This document shows positions 13,532 through 27,595 of a stretch of DNA of 64,000 nucleotides, one piece after another. A program made the translations under genes and the position numbers. The DNA is from Octopus vulgaris. Taxonomy: Eukaryota. The first letter of the stretch is position 1. Each line of letters opens with the position of its first letter. Location of the stretch: contig OX597817.1 of assembly GCA_951406725.2 (NCBI GenBank), forward strand, positions 130,262,001 through 130,326,000, read 5' to 3'. The notes under the pieces were generated by a model. That model was given only the letters and a program-made list of their open reading frames with translations, did no database searches and had not been told where the DNA came from.

Positions 13532-15142
13532 CAGTGGCGGCCAAAATGTTCAGAACGGCATTGTTTTCGTCAGAAAAGTAAGTATAAGTTTTTATTAAAG
13601 TAGTTTTATATTCTATACTTTTCACAGACAATAAATACAATATTAATTGTTATTGATTGAGATTTTGGTGTAATTTGAGAGGGAAATACAAAAGTTATGG
13701 ATGATTTAGTGATTTACTGCAAAACCCACGGCGGCCAAAATGATCAGAACGGTTGAAAAAATAACAAAATAATCAAAAATGACAGAGAATACTGGAATTA
13801 TTTGATATTTAGTGTGAAGCCCTTTAGCTTCAATCACACTCTGACATCTTTGACTGCATGAGGAAATTAAATTTTCAATTTCTTGCTGGGTGATCTTATT
13901 CCATTCTTCCTGAAGGGCATTCCATAATTGCTCAGTTGTTTTAGGATTTCTGGCTTTCGAACGTCCTCCTAGAATATTCCATACATTTTCAATAGGATTG
14001 AGATCTGGGCTTTGAGCAGGCCAATCCATAACAATAACCTTTTCAGCCTTAAGGAAGTTCATGACCACCTTAGCCTTGTGACATGGGGCATTGTCCTGCA
14101 TGAATATAGGTGGTCGCTTAGTTGAAGCACAGGCAAGACATGATCTTTTACAAGTTGTTTATGAACTCCTGCATTTACCTTTCCATGTAATCGCACCAAA
14201 GGGCCCACACCATCTCCAGATATCATCCCCCAAACCATGACACTTCCTCCACCGAATTTAACACTAGTCTTAAGGCATTTAGGCGACAATTTTTCACCTA
14301 CTTTTCGACGAACGTACCTTTTCCCATCTGAGCCAAATAACATAAACTTAGATTCATCACTGAAATGCACCGTTTGCCATTTTTCTTGAGACCACAACAC
14401 ATGTTCGGTTGCAAAGGTAAGACGACACTTTTTATTCTTGGAGCTGATCAGTGGCTTCACTGCAGGTGCTCTTGCTTGTAGGTCATGTTCAACTAAACGA
14501 CGAGACACAGTTTTTCGAGATAAAGTTTTCTTCAATACAATACTCATTTTCCGAGAAACAGCAGCAGCAGTTTTAAATCTGTCCTTTTTAACCAACTTTA
14601 GCATAGCACGATCTTCTCTCTTGGTCGTTTTTCTTGGCGTACCTGTAAACTTTCTTGCTTCACACGAACCACAATCATCGTAGACCTCAAGAATACCGTG
14701 TACAACACTTTTTGACTTGTTAACAATCTTTGCAATAGATCCAATACTTAAATTATCCTTCCTTCGAAGCTTAATAATCTGCTGACGAATTGGTAACGGA
14801 GTAAGTGGCATTATATTAACAAAGTACACTGCAAATATTCTTACTAATGTTTAGTCACGTAAACAAATTCAAAACATTAGAGTTCGCCGGTTAAATATAC
14901 TAAAACACGGAGTAAAAGCAACCGTTCTGATCATTTTGGCCGCCATGGGTTTTGCAGTAAATCACTAAATCATCCATTATTTTTGTATAATCCTCTCAAA
15001 TTACACCAAAATCTCAGGCAATAACAAATAATATCGTATTTATTGTCTGTGAAAATTATAGAATATAAAACAACTTTGATAAAAAATTATATCGACTTTT
15101 CTGACGAAAACAATGCCGTTCTGAACATTTTGGCCGCCACTG
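13532..15142 (-). mobile_element. Tc1-family DNA transposon, full length, IR/DR-type ~220-bp TIRs, TA TSD
   Basis: TA|cagtggcggccaaaatgttcagaacgg ... ccgttctgaacattttggccgccactg|TA; inner direct repeat ggcggccaaaatgatcagaacgg at 13731 and its mirror near 14922-14944. Confidence 0.95.
13802..14811 (-). pseudogene. DD34E Tc1 transposase, frameshifted near 14110
   Basis: HTH region, FSDESKF, KFGGGSVMVWG, QDNAPCH, 34 residues between the second D and E in SPDLNPIENVW; split over ORFs 14059-14829 and 13706-14101. Confidence 0.92.
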
Positions 15143-15522
15143 TATATGGTCTTATGGATCCGAAGAAGGCAGTGTATTTCAAATTGGTGTAATGCTTGCA
15201 TTGTTTGATTAAATGGAGCAGCCTGAAATGGCCGTCATGCACTAATACCTTGACATCCTTGTTATTTATTTGCTTATAATATATATATATATGGTGGTGG
15301 TGAGGATGATGACGATGGTAGAGGGTAGAAGACGTAAGCTATTTGCAGAGAAACCCTTACTATTATCTGATGTATCAAAATAAATAACATATTAAATAAA
15401 TGAGGGATAGAGAACTTGTGAAATTCATAAGGGAAAAGAAATATATATAAGTATATATATACATATATGTGTGTGTTTTATGTATATATATGTACATACA
15501 CACACATACATGCACGCACACT

Positions 15523-15568
<46 letters not shown>

Positions 15569-16018
15569 AAACGGCAAACAGGACAAAAACAAGATACACG
15601 GATCATTCGCAGCCGATTTGTGCATCAGTCGGAGTGCGGAAAGTCATTGTAGTTTCGCTCCCTTATCTCCGATACTACTCGCATCCGGTGCCAGGGACTT
15701 AAGCTAAAAGCATTAAACCTCTGGGAAAGGCAAACGAATGTATACAAGAACAAAAAGAGGAACAGAAACAAAAGCGAGAAATGTGTGTGTGTGTGTGTGT
15801 GCGCGCGCGCGCGGGTACTCGCATGCACAGCAACTCCATTTGCTAACCATGAACTATAAAATAACTTTTTTAGCTTAACGATCTTCGATATGGGGAAAAT
15901 TTACAACTTTCTACGTCAATAAATCGCTATTGTTCCTGAAAGTTGTTTTTCATACCTTCCACGGAATGCTCGAAGTTTACTAACTTCCTACACCTGGAAC
16001 CTTGGATCTCACCTTTAC

Positions 16019-16072
<54 letters not shown>

Positions 16073-16094
16073 AGTGTATGTGTGTGTGTGTTAG

Positions 16095-16166
<72 letters not shown>

Positions 16167-16199
16167 AGTATGTATGTGTGTGTGTGCAGTTAAGTATAT

Positions 16200-16680
16200 G
16201 TCCGGTCATGTGCCTTCGAATTTAGATTCTGACGAGTCGTCCATGGAACTAAGTTCTTTATGGATACGAAACCATTCGTTACTGTATGACCGGAAATGTG
16301 CTTTGTTGCGTATAGATACATTACGGTACTATGCTTTAGAGTGTGCTTCTTTTTCGGATATATGATACACAATGTCCGGCGAATATGGTCGGTGGGGCAT
16401 CATTTCCCATTCAAACTGCTCCAACCTTTAGAATGTCATCCTCACTGTATGTGGACGAGAATTATCCTAATGGACAAACACCTTTCATCTTGAAACCAAA
16501 GATGGTCGTTTTTCTTCTAGTGCTGACTTAAGCCACTCAAGCTGCTCGCAGTAGATCTTTGTTATCATTTGGTTTGGGTTTAAAAGTTGAAAGTTAACTA
16601 AATCTTTCATATCCCACCAAACAGATAACAACATCTTATGTGGGTGAAGACCTTCTTCAGCCTGGTGTGTCTGTGTTTCT
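16200..16680 (-). mobile_element. Decayed mariner transposase fragment
   Basis: Minus-strand reading DNSRPHT...LEQFEWEMMPHRPYSPD, interrupted by stops. Confidence 0.65.
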
Positions 16681-16704
16681 CATTTCCCTACCCAGTCTTT
16701 GGCG

Positions 16705-17213
16705 CTTGACATATGAATATGGATAAATAAATAAATAAGAATAAATGAGTGAATATAACTCTACTCCTACAGCTGTTCCTACTTTGGGGGTCCAGCATGC
16801 CAAAGTTGACATATCATTACCAAGATAATACAAAGATTGTACAAAAATTGAACAAGAATTGGATAGAAATTGGACAAAAGTTGAACCCCAAGGCTTCATC
16901 AGAGAGTCCATAATGGCAGGAATTAAACAAGTAAAGAAGTAAAATAAAATAATAAAAATACTAAAGAATAGTAAAAATTAAATTCTTTAGTATCTTTATT
17001 ATTTTATTTTACTTTTTTACTTGATTAATTCTATTATGGACTCTCTGATGAAGCTTTGGGGTTCAACCTTTGTCCAATTTCTATCCAATTCTTGTTCAAT
17101 TTTTGTTCAATATTTGTATAATATTGGTTTGATGTGTTAACTTTGGAATGCTGAGTAGAGTTATATTCACACATTTATTCTTATCTATTTATCTATTTAT
17201 TCATATTCATATG
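16705..17213. repeat. Imperfect fold-back element (~240-bp arms, centre ~16975)
   Basis: gaacaagaattggatagaaattggacaaa / tttgtccaatttctatccaattcttgttc; cttcatcagagagtccataat / attatggactctctgatgaag. Confidence 0.85.
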
Positions 17214-17789
17214 ATGTAATTAATTAATAAATGGAGCTAGCTGATGTTTGTCAATTTATTTTCTTCTCCAATTTCTTCCTTGCCTTATAAATTCTGCTTA
17301 AACTTTTGTGTACCTCCACACATACCTATTATTCAATTGCACTATTGCCTTGCAACAGTAAACATTTGGATATATATAGGTATATCCAGTAGTATATTGG
17401 ATATTTATTATCCCTTAGATTGTTGTCTGACCTGTAACTCATATATACGTATGAGTATCTGTCATTTTAATGAATTTTAATTATCTTTTTCTGATTAAAT
17501 CTGAAAAGAAACAGCAATTTTAGCAAAACATATTAAGCAACACTAATAACAAATCATAAAACATAAAAATAAACAAGCTTTTGACTGTTCGCTGCTGGGA
17601 AGCTTTGTGCCTTCGTTCCGGCAAATATTTTTTTCTTTTAAACACAGTATATCCGTAGATATAATCTTTGGCCGAATGTCACAATAAATTTGCTTTTCAG
17701 CTAAGAATGATATATAAATGGCTATTTTAATCACTGTTGCAATTGCATACACAGAATACAATCACGCTCACGCGCACATATAATAAACA

Positions 17790-18520
17790 TAGGCGTGACT
17801 GTGTGGTAAGGAGCTTGTTTCCAAACCACATGGTTCCGTTTTCAGTCTCACTGCGTGTCACTTTGGGCATGTGTTTTTAACCGCTGGCTGGCCAAAGCCT
17901 TCTAAATGGATTTTGTTGGTGGAAACTGAAAGAAATATGTATGTTATGGCGAGAATCATGACACCCCCTGTGAGAACTCGTATGAGTAGCTGAACTCGTA
18001 TAAGTAGCAGCGTCTTTGATTGAGAGCGACAGATGAGAAATCGAAGGCAGTCGAAAGTTGTCATTCATGAGTTCGTGGAGTCGCAGGAAATTGCTGAGAA
18101 GTTGTTTTAGTTCGTTGAGAGTTGTTTTTTTGGATTGCTTACAGTTGTTGGCAGAATATTTGGTATACATCAAGTGGAGACAGTTGGTGTTTACCTCATT
18201 CTGTGGTACTACATATCACACTGCATTCATGCACGACACTAAGGTGACGTATGCAGAAATCATGTTATAAAAATGTATACATATTTATGTGTGTGTGTGT
18301 ATCTTTGTGTTTATCCATACGCTAGCGCTAGACAACCGATGTTGGTGTGTTTGTGATCCCGTAACTAGCATTTCGGCCAAAGAGACCGATAGAATAAGTA
18401 CTAGGCTTACAGAGAATAAGCTCTGGATCGGTTTCTTCGACTAAAATCCTTTAAGGCGGTGCTTCGGTACAGCCACAGTCAAATAACGAAACAAGTAAAA
18501 GAATAAAAGAATAAAAGAAT
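17790..18520 (+). mobile_element. tRNA/CORE-like SINE with CR1-type tail, interrupted by an ~300-bp insert
   Basis: Head gtgactgtgtggtaaggagcttg, CORE-like cactttgggcatgtgt, 3' part accgatagaataagtactaggcttac...ggcggtgct...gaaacaagtaaaagaataaaagaat. Confidence 0.75.
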
Positions 18521-18589
18521 ATATATAAATACACACACAAACACAGACACACACACACACACACACGCACACACACACACATATATATA

Positions 18590-18770
18590 TAGGGAGAGTT
18601 TACGAAAAAGACAAAAGACGAAGACAGGTGGTGTACAAAATAAACAGATGTATTAGTATAACGCTCAGGAATAGAAAATGTCTTTTATGTTTCGAGCCTA
18701 CGCTCTTCTACAGAAAGGGACACAGAAAAAACAAGGAGAGAAAAAAATGTGTGCAGTGGCTAACGATCTA
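18590..18770 (-). mobile_element. Short TA-embedded repeat with minimal HHR-like motif (family also at 25559, 44860, 45277, 62920)
   Basis: Minus strand cttt-CTGTAGA-a-gagc(gtag)gctc-GAAA-ca-TA-aaag at 18682-18717. Confidence 0.65.
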
Positions 18771-19373
18771 TATACACACACAACATACACACATATAGTG
18801 AGACACAGAGAAAGAAATAAAGAAAGAAAGAGAGAAAAAATGAAAGAAAGAGATAGAGATAGAGAGAGTAGGTGAAAGCTTAGTATACATAACACAGGAT
18901 AGTGTTCAAATGGATCGGAATTTAAACTCCAACTGCTGCATCCATGGCCAGCACCTGCGCATTGAAAGATACCTATAAGAACAATCCTTATCGAGGAGTT
19001 ATGGAAGAAGTAAGGTAGATAAACACATTACATTTGAACATGTCTATCGATGCACACCTTTGATATCATGCACGTATTATTTATGATTTATGATTATTAT
19101 CATGCACGGATTATTTATGATTTTGGTTACTGTTATGACCGTCTTGAAACAACTGTTGAGATAATATTTTACATATTTCTTCTCTTCTGTTTTCATTTCT
19201 TTTTCCTTTATTTTGGAATCTGTATTCTGCGCTCCAAGTAACTACACGTCTCAAGCCTATATGTGTTTAACCACTTTACTACCTATCTCTCTCTCTCTCT
19301 CTGTCTCTCTCTCTATCTCTCTGTCTCTCTTAATCTCTCTTTGTATATAAAGAGAGATTATATATATATATAT

Positions 19374-19892
<519 letters not shown>

Positions 19893-19908
19893 TATACACA
19901 CACACACG

Positions 19909-19981
<73 letters not shown>

Positions 19982-20137
19982 TGAAATAGAAAGATGAATA
20001 ATCTTGTTGCAGATTAATCAAAAGTTTAACCGATACCTTGGTAGCAAAAATCACAGCAGAAGACAGCACGGTTGGAGGTACAACCATATGGTGTTGCAAC
20101 CGTGCGTTGGTGCGGATAATTGAATTTTAATATTATT

Positions 20138-20611
20138 GGTGAATTGAAGAAATGGAGTTGAACGAAGATTGAACAGAAATCGTTTTATTGCATTCTACAC
20201 GTGTTTCGAAAGGCACAATTTACCAAATTCCGATTGAATAAGGAGACCATATTGTGTCTTTCTCTTCAGGAAGAAATAGGAATTCCGTTGGAAAAAACAA
20301 AAACAGAACAGAGGCGGAGCAAAACAAATCGAACGCGGCTCCTAAGAGCCCATGGCCAAACTCTTGGCCATGGGCTCTTAGGAGCCAAACTTTGGCCATG
20401 GGCTCTTAGGAGCCGCGTTCGATTTGTTTTGCTCCGCCTCTGTTCTGTTTTTGTTTTTTCCAACGGAATTCCTATTTCTTCCTGAAGAGAAAGACACAAT
20501 ATGGTCTCCTTATTCAATCGGAATTTGGTAAATTGTGCCTTTCGAAACACGTGTAGAATGCAATAAAACGATTTCTGTTCAATCTTCGTTCAACTCCATT
20601 TCTTCAATTCA

Positions 20612-20613
<2 letters not shown>
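20138..20613. repeat. Perfect 223-bp-arm palindrome, one HHR per arm
   Basis: 20138-20360 is the reverse complement of 20391-20613 (ORFs 20201+ and 20266- give near-identical peptides); the spacer is an extra copy of the arm end. Confidence 0.95.
20473..20565 (+). ncRNA. Type I hammerhead ribozyme (mirror copy 20186-20278 on minus)
   Basis: ttc-CTGAAGA-gaaag(a)cacaat...attgtg(c)ctttc-GAAA-cacgtg-TA-gaa; distal stem I tatt/aata; predicted cleavage after A20555. Confidence 0.85.
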
Positions 20614-20657
<44 letters not shown>

Positions 20658-20793
20658 ATCATAATAAGTAACAAGGATATCCAGCGGTATTGCAGTACGA
20701 TCGTTTCATGCGGCTCCATTCAATTGAAAAATACAATCATTTCATTACATCAATTTAAAATGTAGAGCAATCTCTCTCTCTATATATATACAC

Positions 20794-20872
<79 letters not shown>

Positions 20873-20873
20873 C

Positions 20874-20906
<33 letters not shown>

Positions 20907-21208
20907 TGTATGCATGTATGTATGTATGTATGTATGTATGTATGTATGTATGTATGTATGTATGAGCGTATGTATGTATGTGCGTGCGTATGTATGTGTG
21001 TGTCCGTGTGTTGTGTTTTCCCCCAACATTCCTTCAAAAACCGGTGTTTGTGGGGTTAAGTCCCCGTAACTTACGGTTCGGTAAAAGAGAGCGATAGAAT
21101 AGGTACCAGGCTTTAAAACAATTAGTACTGGGGCCGATTCATTCGACTGAAAATTCGTCAAGGCCGTGCCAGAGTCAAAGAACACACACACACTCACACA
21201 CACACACA

Positions 21209-21263
<55 letters not shown>

Positions 21264-21483
21264 TTATATTTATATGGATATATGCATACCTTTATATACA
21301 AGTAAATAAGGAGCAGAAAAGAGAAAGAGATAGGAAGAGAGGGAGACAGGGAGAGAAGGAGAGCATAATATGAGGTGAGAATTATTGGAGTCCAGCAGTG
21401 TAGTGTGACGTAACCAGACTAAAAATAATGTTCTATATTTGAAAGCTCTGTTGGGTAGTTTGGACAGTCGTTAACTTTGTGTG

Positions 21484-21661
21484 TTGTCTGCAGTGGCGGC
21501 GCTGCTGGTGGCGACGGCGGTGGAGGTGGTGGTGGTGGTGGTGGTGGTGATGGGGGAGATGGCCGGTGGTAGTGATGGTGGTGTGGCGGTGATATAGGTA
21601 GTGTTGAGATACGGAATCTGTAGCCGTTATAGCTGGGTACCCTGTAATGGTGGTAGTGGTA
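21484..21661. repeat. Inverted duplicate of 23514-23672
   Basis: gtgatataggtagtgttgagatacggaatctgtagccgttatagctgggtaccctgtaatgg versus ccattacagggtacccagctataacggatacagattccgtatctcaacactacctatatcac. Confidence 0.9.
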
Positions 21662-21918
21662 GAGGTGGTGGTGGCGGTGCTGGTGCTGGTGGTGATATGA
21701 TGCGAATGTTTGAGTGGGATCTGTGCTTACGTTGAAGTGACGCGAGACGAAGAGGGGAGAGTAAGTAAGAGAGAAACAGAGACAGAGAGAGAGAGAGGCA
21801 CATAGACAAAAGAAAAACTGTGTGTTATAGAGATAAATTGAAACAAGAGTGAATGAGTTAAATTGATGTGAGATGGAGATCTGTGTTAGCCGCCAGCAAC
21901 CATGACTGGTGTGTGTGT

Positions 21919-21976
<58 letters not shown>

Positions 21977-22094
21977 CTGTGTGCCTGTGTGTGTGCGCGC
22001 TTGCATGTATAAGCATTATCAGTTCACATCCGTTCCTCCATGCGGGTATGAGTTGGACATGTATAAGCAAGTATGTATGTATGTACTATGTATG

Positions 22095-22210
<116 letters not shown>

Positions 22211-22297
22211 TATACATATATATATGCATGTATGTATATGTGTATATATGTGAGTGTGCATATGTATGAGTGTATACATATATATATATATATATGT

Positions 22298-22342
<45 letters not shown>

Positions 22343-23047
22343 TGTGTGTGTGTATGTGCATGAATCGCTAATGGACTAATGGATTTAGTAACGTTATTAT
22401 TGTTCCAAGTTCAGCATAAAGAATAGAGGAATATGAAAAATTTTTCATAAAAATAAATTAACTCGAAAGCTGGTGTGTCTTTAACATATGTTATTTACAT
22501 AACTATGTAATCCCGGTGAGTGTATGTGTGTGCGTCGAGCGTGCGTGTGTGTGTGTATGTGTGCGCGCGTGCATGCGTGTGTGTGTATGTACATGTGTGT
22601 GTGTGTGTGTAGACAGAGAACAGACAATAGGCAAATAAATGAGTCTGACAGATATAGACGCAGAATTAAACAAACAGACAGACAGAGAGAGTGAGGGAGA
22701 AAGAAAGAGAGATACAGAGAGACTGACAGACAGAGACAGATATACAGGTAGGGAAACTCACAGAGTGTTTGATATATCGATATAAAAGAAATCCTGTGAT
22801 AGTTCGGATAGATTGCAACCAACGCCATCATGAAATAAATTACTGACGTGTTCGTTGTGTTTAGACAGATGATGCTATGCTGCACTTACAGACTATACTA
22901 ATAGACTTTAAGATGGAAGCATGAGAAGAGCAAACACGCGCGCGCACACACACACACACACATGCACACACTCACACGCACACACACACACAGATTCATA
23001 GACACAAGAGTATATATATACATATATGAGTTTCACATGTGTATATA

Positions 23048-23097
<50 letters not shown>

Positions 23098-23253
23098 TTA
23101 TATACATATATATAAATGTATATATATATTATATGCATATATTTATATATATATATCTATATATTATGTATGTAGATTTATATATATATATATATATGTA
23201 TGTATATATTATGTATGTGTGTATATATACATACATACACACACACACACACG

Positions 23254-23337
<84 letters not shown>

Positions 23338-23689
23338 AAGGTAAATGCACACAGTTTACATAGTTTTAATATATTTTTATTGAAAGAGTATGGTGGTTGT
23401 CCACTGGTTTTGTAATTTCGTATTTTCTTAAGAAGATTTTAGTCCATGATCTTGTATGAAAGTTTGTGAACGAATCAACAAGTAGAAAAATCTAAGGGGA
23501 TGTAATTAGTGATACCACTACCACCATTACAGGGTACCCAGCTATAACGGATACAGATTCCGTATCTCAACACTACCTATATCACCGCCACACCACCATC
23601 ACTACCACCGGCCATCGCCACCACCACCACCTCCACCGCCGTCGCCACCAGCAGCGCCGCCACTACAGACAAAGAAAGTAATTGGTTAT

Positions 23690-24960
23690 TTGGGGGAGGT
23701 AAATAAATATGCAGAAACTCATAAGCTAAAGCAGTAAGATGAAATACGTACAGTGATGGAGATTCCTTGCACATCTCTCTATGTGTTCACTCAAAAGTAT
23801 CTGTCTCTACTTTGAGAAGCGGATCAGTTCCTTATATAGTGTGACTCTCCGTCTAAGTGACATACTTGTCTGTTCTATATAGTTGTGTCTACAACATGAA
23901 CATGTTATATCAAATTAAATTCTCGGATGCACAAGTGAAGTTGGTCTTAACTGTGAACCTCTCTCCTTGTTTGTATTGGAATTCCGAACCTTCCACTATG
24001 TTGGAGCATGTTCCACTGTTTGGACGTACAAAGTTTTAACCATTAGTTTCGTGGTTGCTGTGTATAGCCTTTTCAGCGATTTGGGTTGCTTTTTACATTT
24101 GATGAATTCATGTGTTTTCAGAATGTTGTTCATTTTTTAATCCCTAGTGGTCATTAATAGATTTCGTATGATAGTGTTGTATGCATCATTGTTTCTACGG
24201 TTGTGAATTGATTTATACGGTAGTATTTTGAGATGAGGTGTAATGTTGCGCTTTGTTTCCCTTAGTGTCTTAATGCCTATTTTCCTAGCACGTTTACTTC
24301 CATCATCTATAAGTGAGGGTGATAGTGCCTCACAGTTAGTGTTGTTCTGAGGTCTTGAAGATGGAAGTCCCGAATATTTCCGTCACTATTGTGCAAATCC
24401 TTTTCGCTAAATTAAAGGTAATGTTTCTTTTGATGTGTTTTGGGTGGCATGAGCTAAACAGAAGATATTGCTTTGATTCCGTTGGTTTATGATAAGTGTC
24501 AGTTGCAATTTGGTTGATGACTTTTTTTACCAGAATATCTAAGAAAGGGAGCAGGTCTTTGCTATATTTCATCGTAAACTGAATGTTAGTGTTTATACTA
24601 TTTAGTATTGATTTAAATTCCAAAAGTTTATCTATAGTCTCATTTCAAATGATAAAGCAGTCATCCAGATATATTTTCCAGTTCTCACTTATATAATGAT
24701 GAAATAGATATGTATATTTTTGCAGTGAAACGTCATATATGGTGAATTCAAAATATCCCATTATTAGGTTCGCAAGAGTAGGAGCTACTGTTGTTCCGAT
24801 AGCAATTCCACGTTTTTATCGATAATCGGTGTCATCTAATAGGAAACAATTGTTCTGAAGTATAAATTTTAAAGTTTCAATAAATTTTATAGCTTCTATT
24901 CCATAGTCATGTTGGATATGAGTGTATTGATTGATAACATCGAGGGGAAGCAATGAAGAG
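23690..24960 (-). mobile_element. Decayed Penelope-like element (RT plus probable GIY-YIG remnant)
   Basis: GIAIGTTVAPTLANLIMGYFE, WKIYLDDCFII, LNSINTNIQFT, LPFLDILV, TDTYHKPTESKQYLLFSSCHPKH; many stops and frameshifts. Confidence 0.88.
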
Positions 24961-25241
24961 AGATACGTAATTACATTAGCTTACAGTTGCTTCTATTACG
25001 AGTTGATGTACAGTCAGGGCTAAGTGTCAGTGCTACATGTTATAGATGCCTCAGAACCATTTGAATGAATTTAAATTCTAGTAACAGGTTATTAGTATGG
25101 CAGTGGCTAAAATGTACCGTGATGTTTCAACCTATTTCGGAGACATTCTTGTTTGGCAAGTGATGAAACTAAAACAATTAGTAGCTATTCAAAATGTACG
25201 TATGTATGCATATACATACATACATACATACATACATACAT

Positions 25242-25318
<77 letters not shown>

Positions 25319-25320
25319 AA

Positions 25321-25489
25321 GGCACAGGAGTGACTGTGTGTTAAGTAGCTTGCTTACTAACCGGGTTCAGTCCCACTGCGTGGCACCTTGGGCAAGTGTC
25401 TTCTGGTATAGCCTCGGGCCGACCAAAGCCTTGTGAGTGAATTTGGTAGACGGAAACTGAAAGAAGTCCGTCGTATATATATATATATG

Positions 25490-25562
<73 letters not shown>

Positions 25563-26140
25563 CAAATTTACAGAAAACATAAGACGAAGATAAGTGTAGG
25601 AACAACAAGCAGGTATGTTAATTTAACGCTCGGAAAGAATGGAAAGGTCTTTTACACTTCGAGCGTACCCTCTTCGACAGAGAGAATTAAGAGGGTAAAA
25701 AAGGATGAAGAAAGAAAAAACGGAGAAAAAATGTATATAACCGCAGGTATGGCTGTATAGTAAAAAGTCTACTTCCCAACTACATAACTCCGGGTTCAGT
25801 CCCACAGCATGGCATCTTATGTCTCCTATTATAGCTTCGGGCCGACCAAAGCTTTGTGTACGTGTTTGAGTGTGTGTTTGTGTGTGTGTGTGTGTGTGAG
25901 GGAGAGAGAGATAGAGAGAGAGTCTGTGTGTCTGTGTAAGTTCTCCATTATCGCTTGATAAACGGTGTTGGTGTGTTTATGTCCCCGGAACATAGCAAGT
26001 CGACAAAAAATCCGGCAAAATATTTATCAGTCTTAAAAAAAGTGATAAGTAAATACTGGTGTCGATTCGTTCGATTAAAATTTTTCAAGGCGGTACCCCA
26101 GCACTTTCGCAGTCAAATGATTGAAACGACTAATAGATAA
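25321..26140 (+). mobile_element. Two CORE-like SINE copies with an HHR-bearing short repeat (25559-25740) between them
   Basis: ggcacaggagtgactgtgtg...gggttcagtcccactgcgtggcaccttgggcaagtgtc; second head at 25741; tail ggcggtaccccagcac...gattgaaac. Confidence 0.75.
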
Positions 26141-26234
26141 AAGATACATACATTTATATACATTTATATGTCTGTATGTGTGTGTATCTGTATGTATGTA
26201 TGCATGTATGTAATTATGTATGTATGTATGTATG

Positions 26235-26265
<31 letters not shown>

Positions 26266-26268
26266 TTA

Positions 26269-26304
<36 letters not shown>

Positions 26305-26369
26305 TGTATGTATGTATGTATGTATGTATGTATGTATGTATGTATGTATGTATGTATGCATATACGTAT

Positions 26370-26791
26370 TCTTTTATTCTTTTCCTTATTTCAGTCATTT
26401 GACTACAGCTATGCTGGAGCACCGCCTTGCAAAATCGACCGCAGGACTTATTTTTCTAAAGTTTAGTACATATTCTATCGATCTCTTTCCAAACCGCTAA
26501 CTCACGTAAACACCGCTAAGGGATGTAAACACCGCTAGGGGATGTAAACACACCAACACTGGTTGTCAACAGGTGATGGCGTACAAACACAAACACGAAG
26601 ACACACTCATTCATAGATATATATATGTACGACGGGCTTCTTTCAGTTTCCGTCGGCCAAATCCATACACAAGGCTTTAGTCGGTCCGAGGCTATAGTAG
26701 AAGACACTTGCCCAGGGTGCCACCCAATGGGACTGAACCCGGAACTATGTGGTTGGAAGTAAGCTTCTCGCCACACAGCCGCGCCTGCGCC
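26370..26791 (-). mobile_element. Full-length CORE-like SINE with CR1-type tail
   Basis: Minus head ggcgcaggcgcggctgtgtggcgagaagctt...gggttcagtccc; tail ggcggtgctccagcatagctgtagtcaaatgactgaaat. Confidence 0.8.
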
Positions 26792-26823
<32 letters not shown>

Positions 26824-27595
26824 TGTATGTATGTATGTATGTATGCATGCATATATAAGCAAAAGAGAATGATTCCATTTGCAACCACTATCACCACCAC
26901 CACTACCACCACAACCACCACTACTACTACTACTGCTATTGCTGCTGTTGCTAATAGCACCGCTTGTGTTTATTAAAAGTATTCTCTAACCACTGACCTT
27001 ACTAAAACGGATTAAGCTTATTTTGGAATATTACTGAATGAGAAGTGTTTCCATGTATGGTGTTCATTGGCGTTAGAAATCGCCTTATATTGATCTGTTA
27101 ATTATCAATGTCAGTACATGACCTCGTTTGACCCCAACTTTATATTCCTTCGTTCATTTAGGACATTCGGTTTTGTTGGCTTTTTTTTAATTTCATATTT
27201 TCGTTTCGGTTTTTGTTTGTGCTGTGGTTGTTTGTAGGGTGTTATTTCATTATCTAAACAGACAAATCAAGAAAGTAGCAGAATAAATGACATGACTAAC
27301 CCAATTTAGTTCGTTGCTCGCTACAGACAGTATCGATTAGTTATTCTCTTTCTTTCTCTTTCTCTCTCATTCTTTCTGTCTCTCTCACTCTTTCTCTCTC
27401 GCTTATCTTTTTCTGTTGATCTCTTTCTCTCTCTCTCTCTCTCTCACTCTCTCTTCTCTCTGTCTGTCTGTCTCTTTCTCCCTTTCTCTTTTTCTTACTA
27501 TTATTGTAAAGGGCGTGACTGTCGACAATAAATCTCGACTTCAAATTCAATCACCGTCAATCATGTATCATCTCATTTTATTCTGTTTCTCATTA

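Noticed and set aside
20201-20550. Two near-identical 94-aa ORFs on opposite strands
   Set aside because: Consequence of the palindrome; no coding signature.
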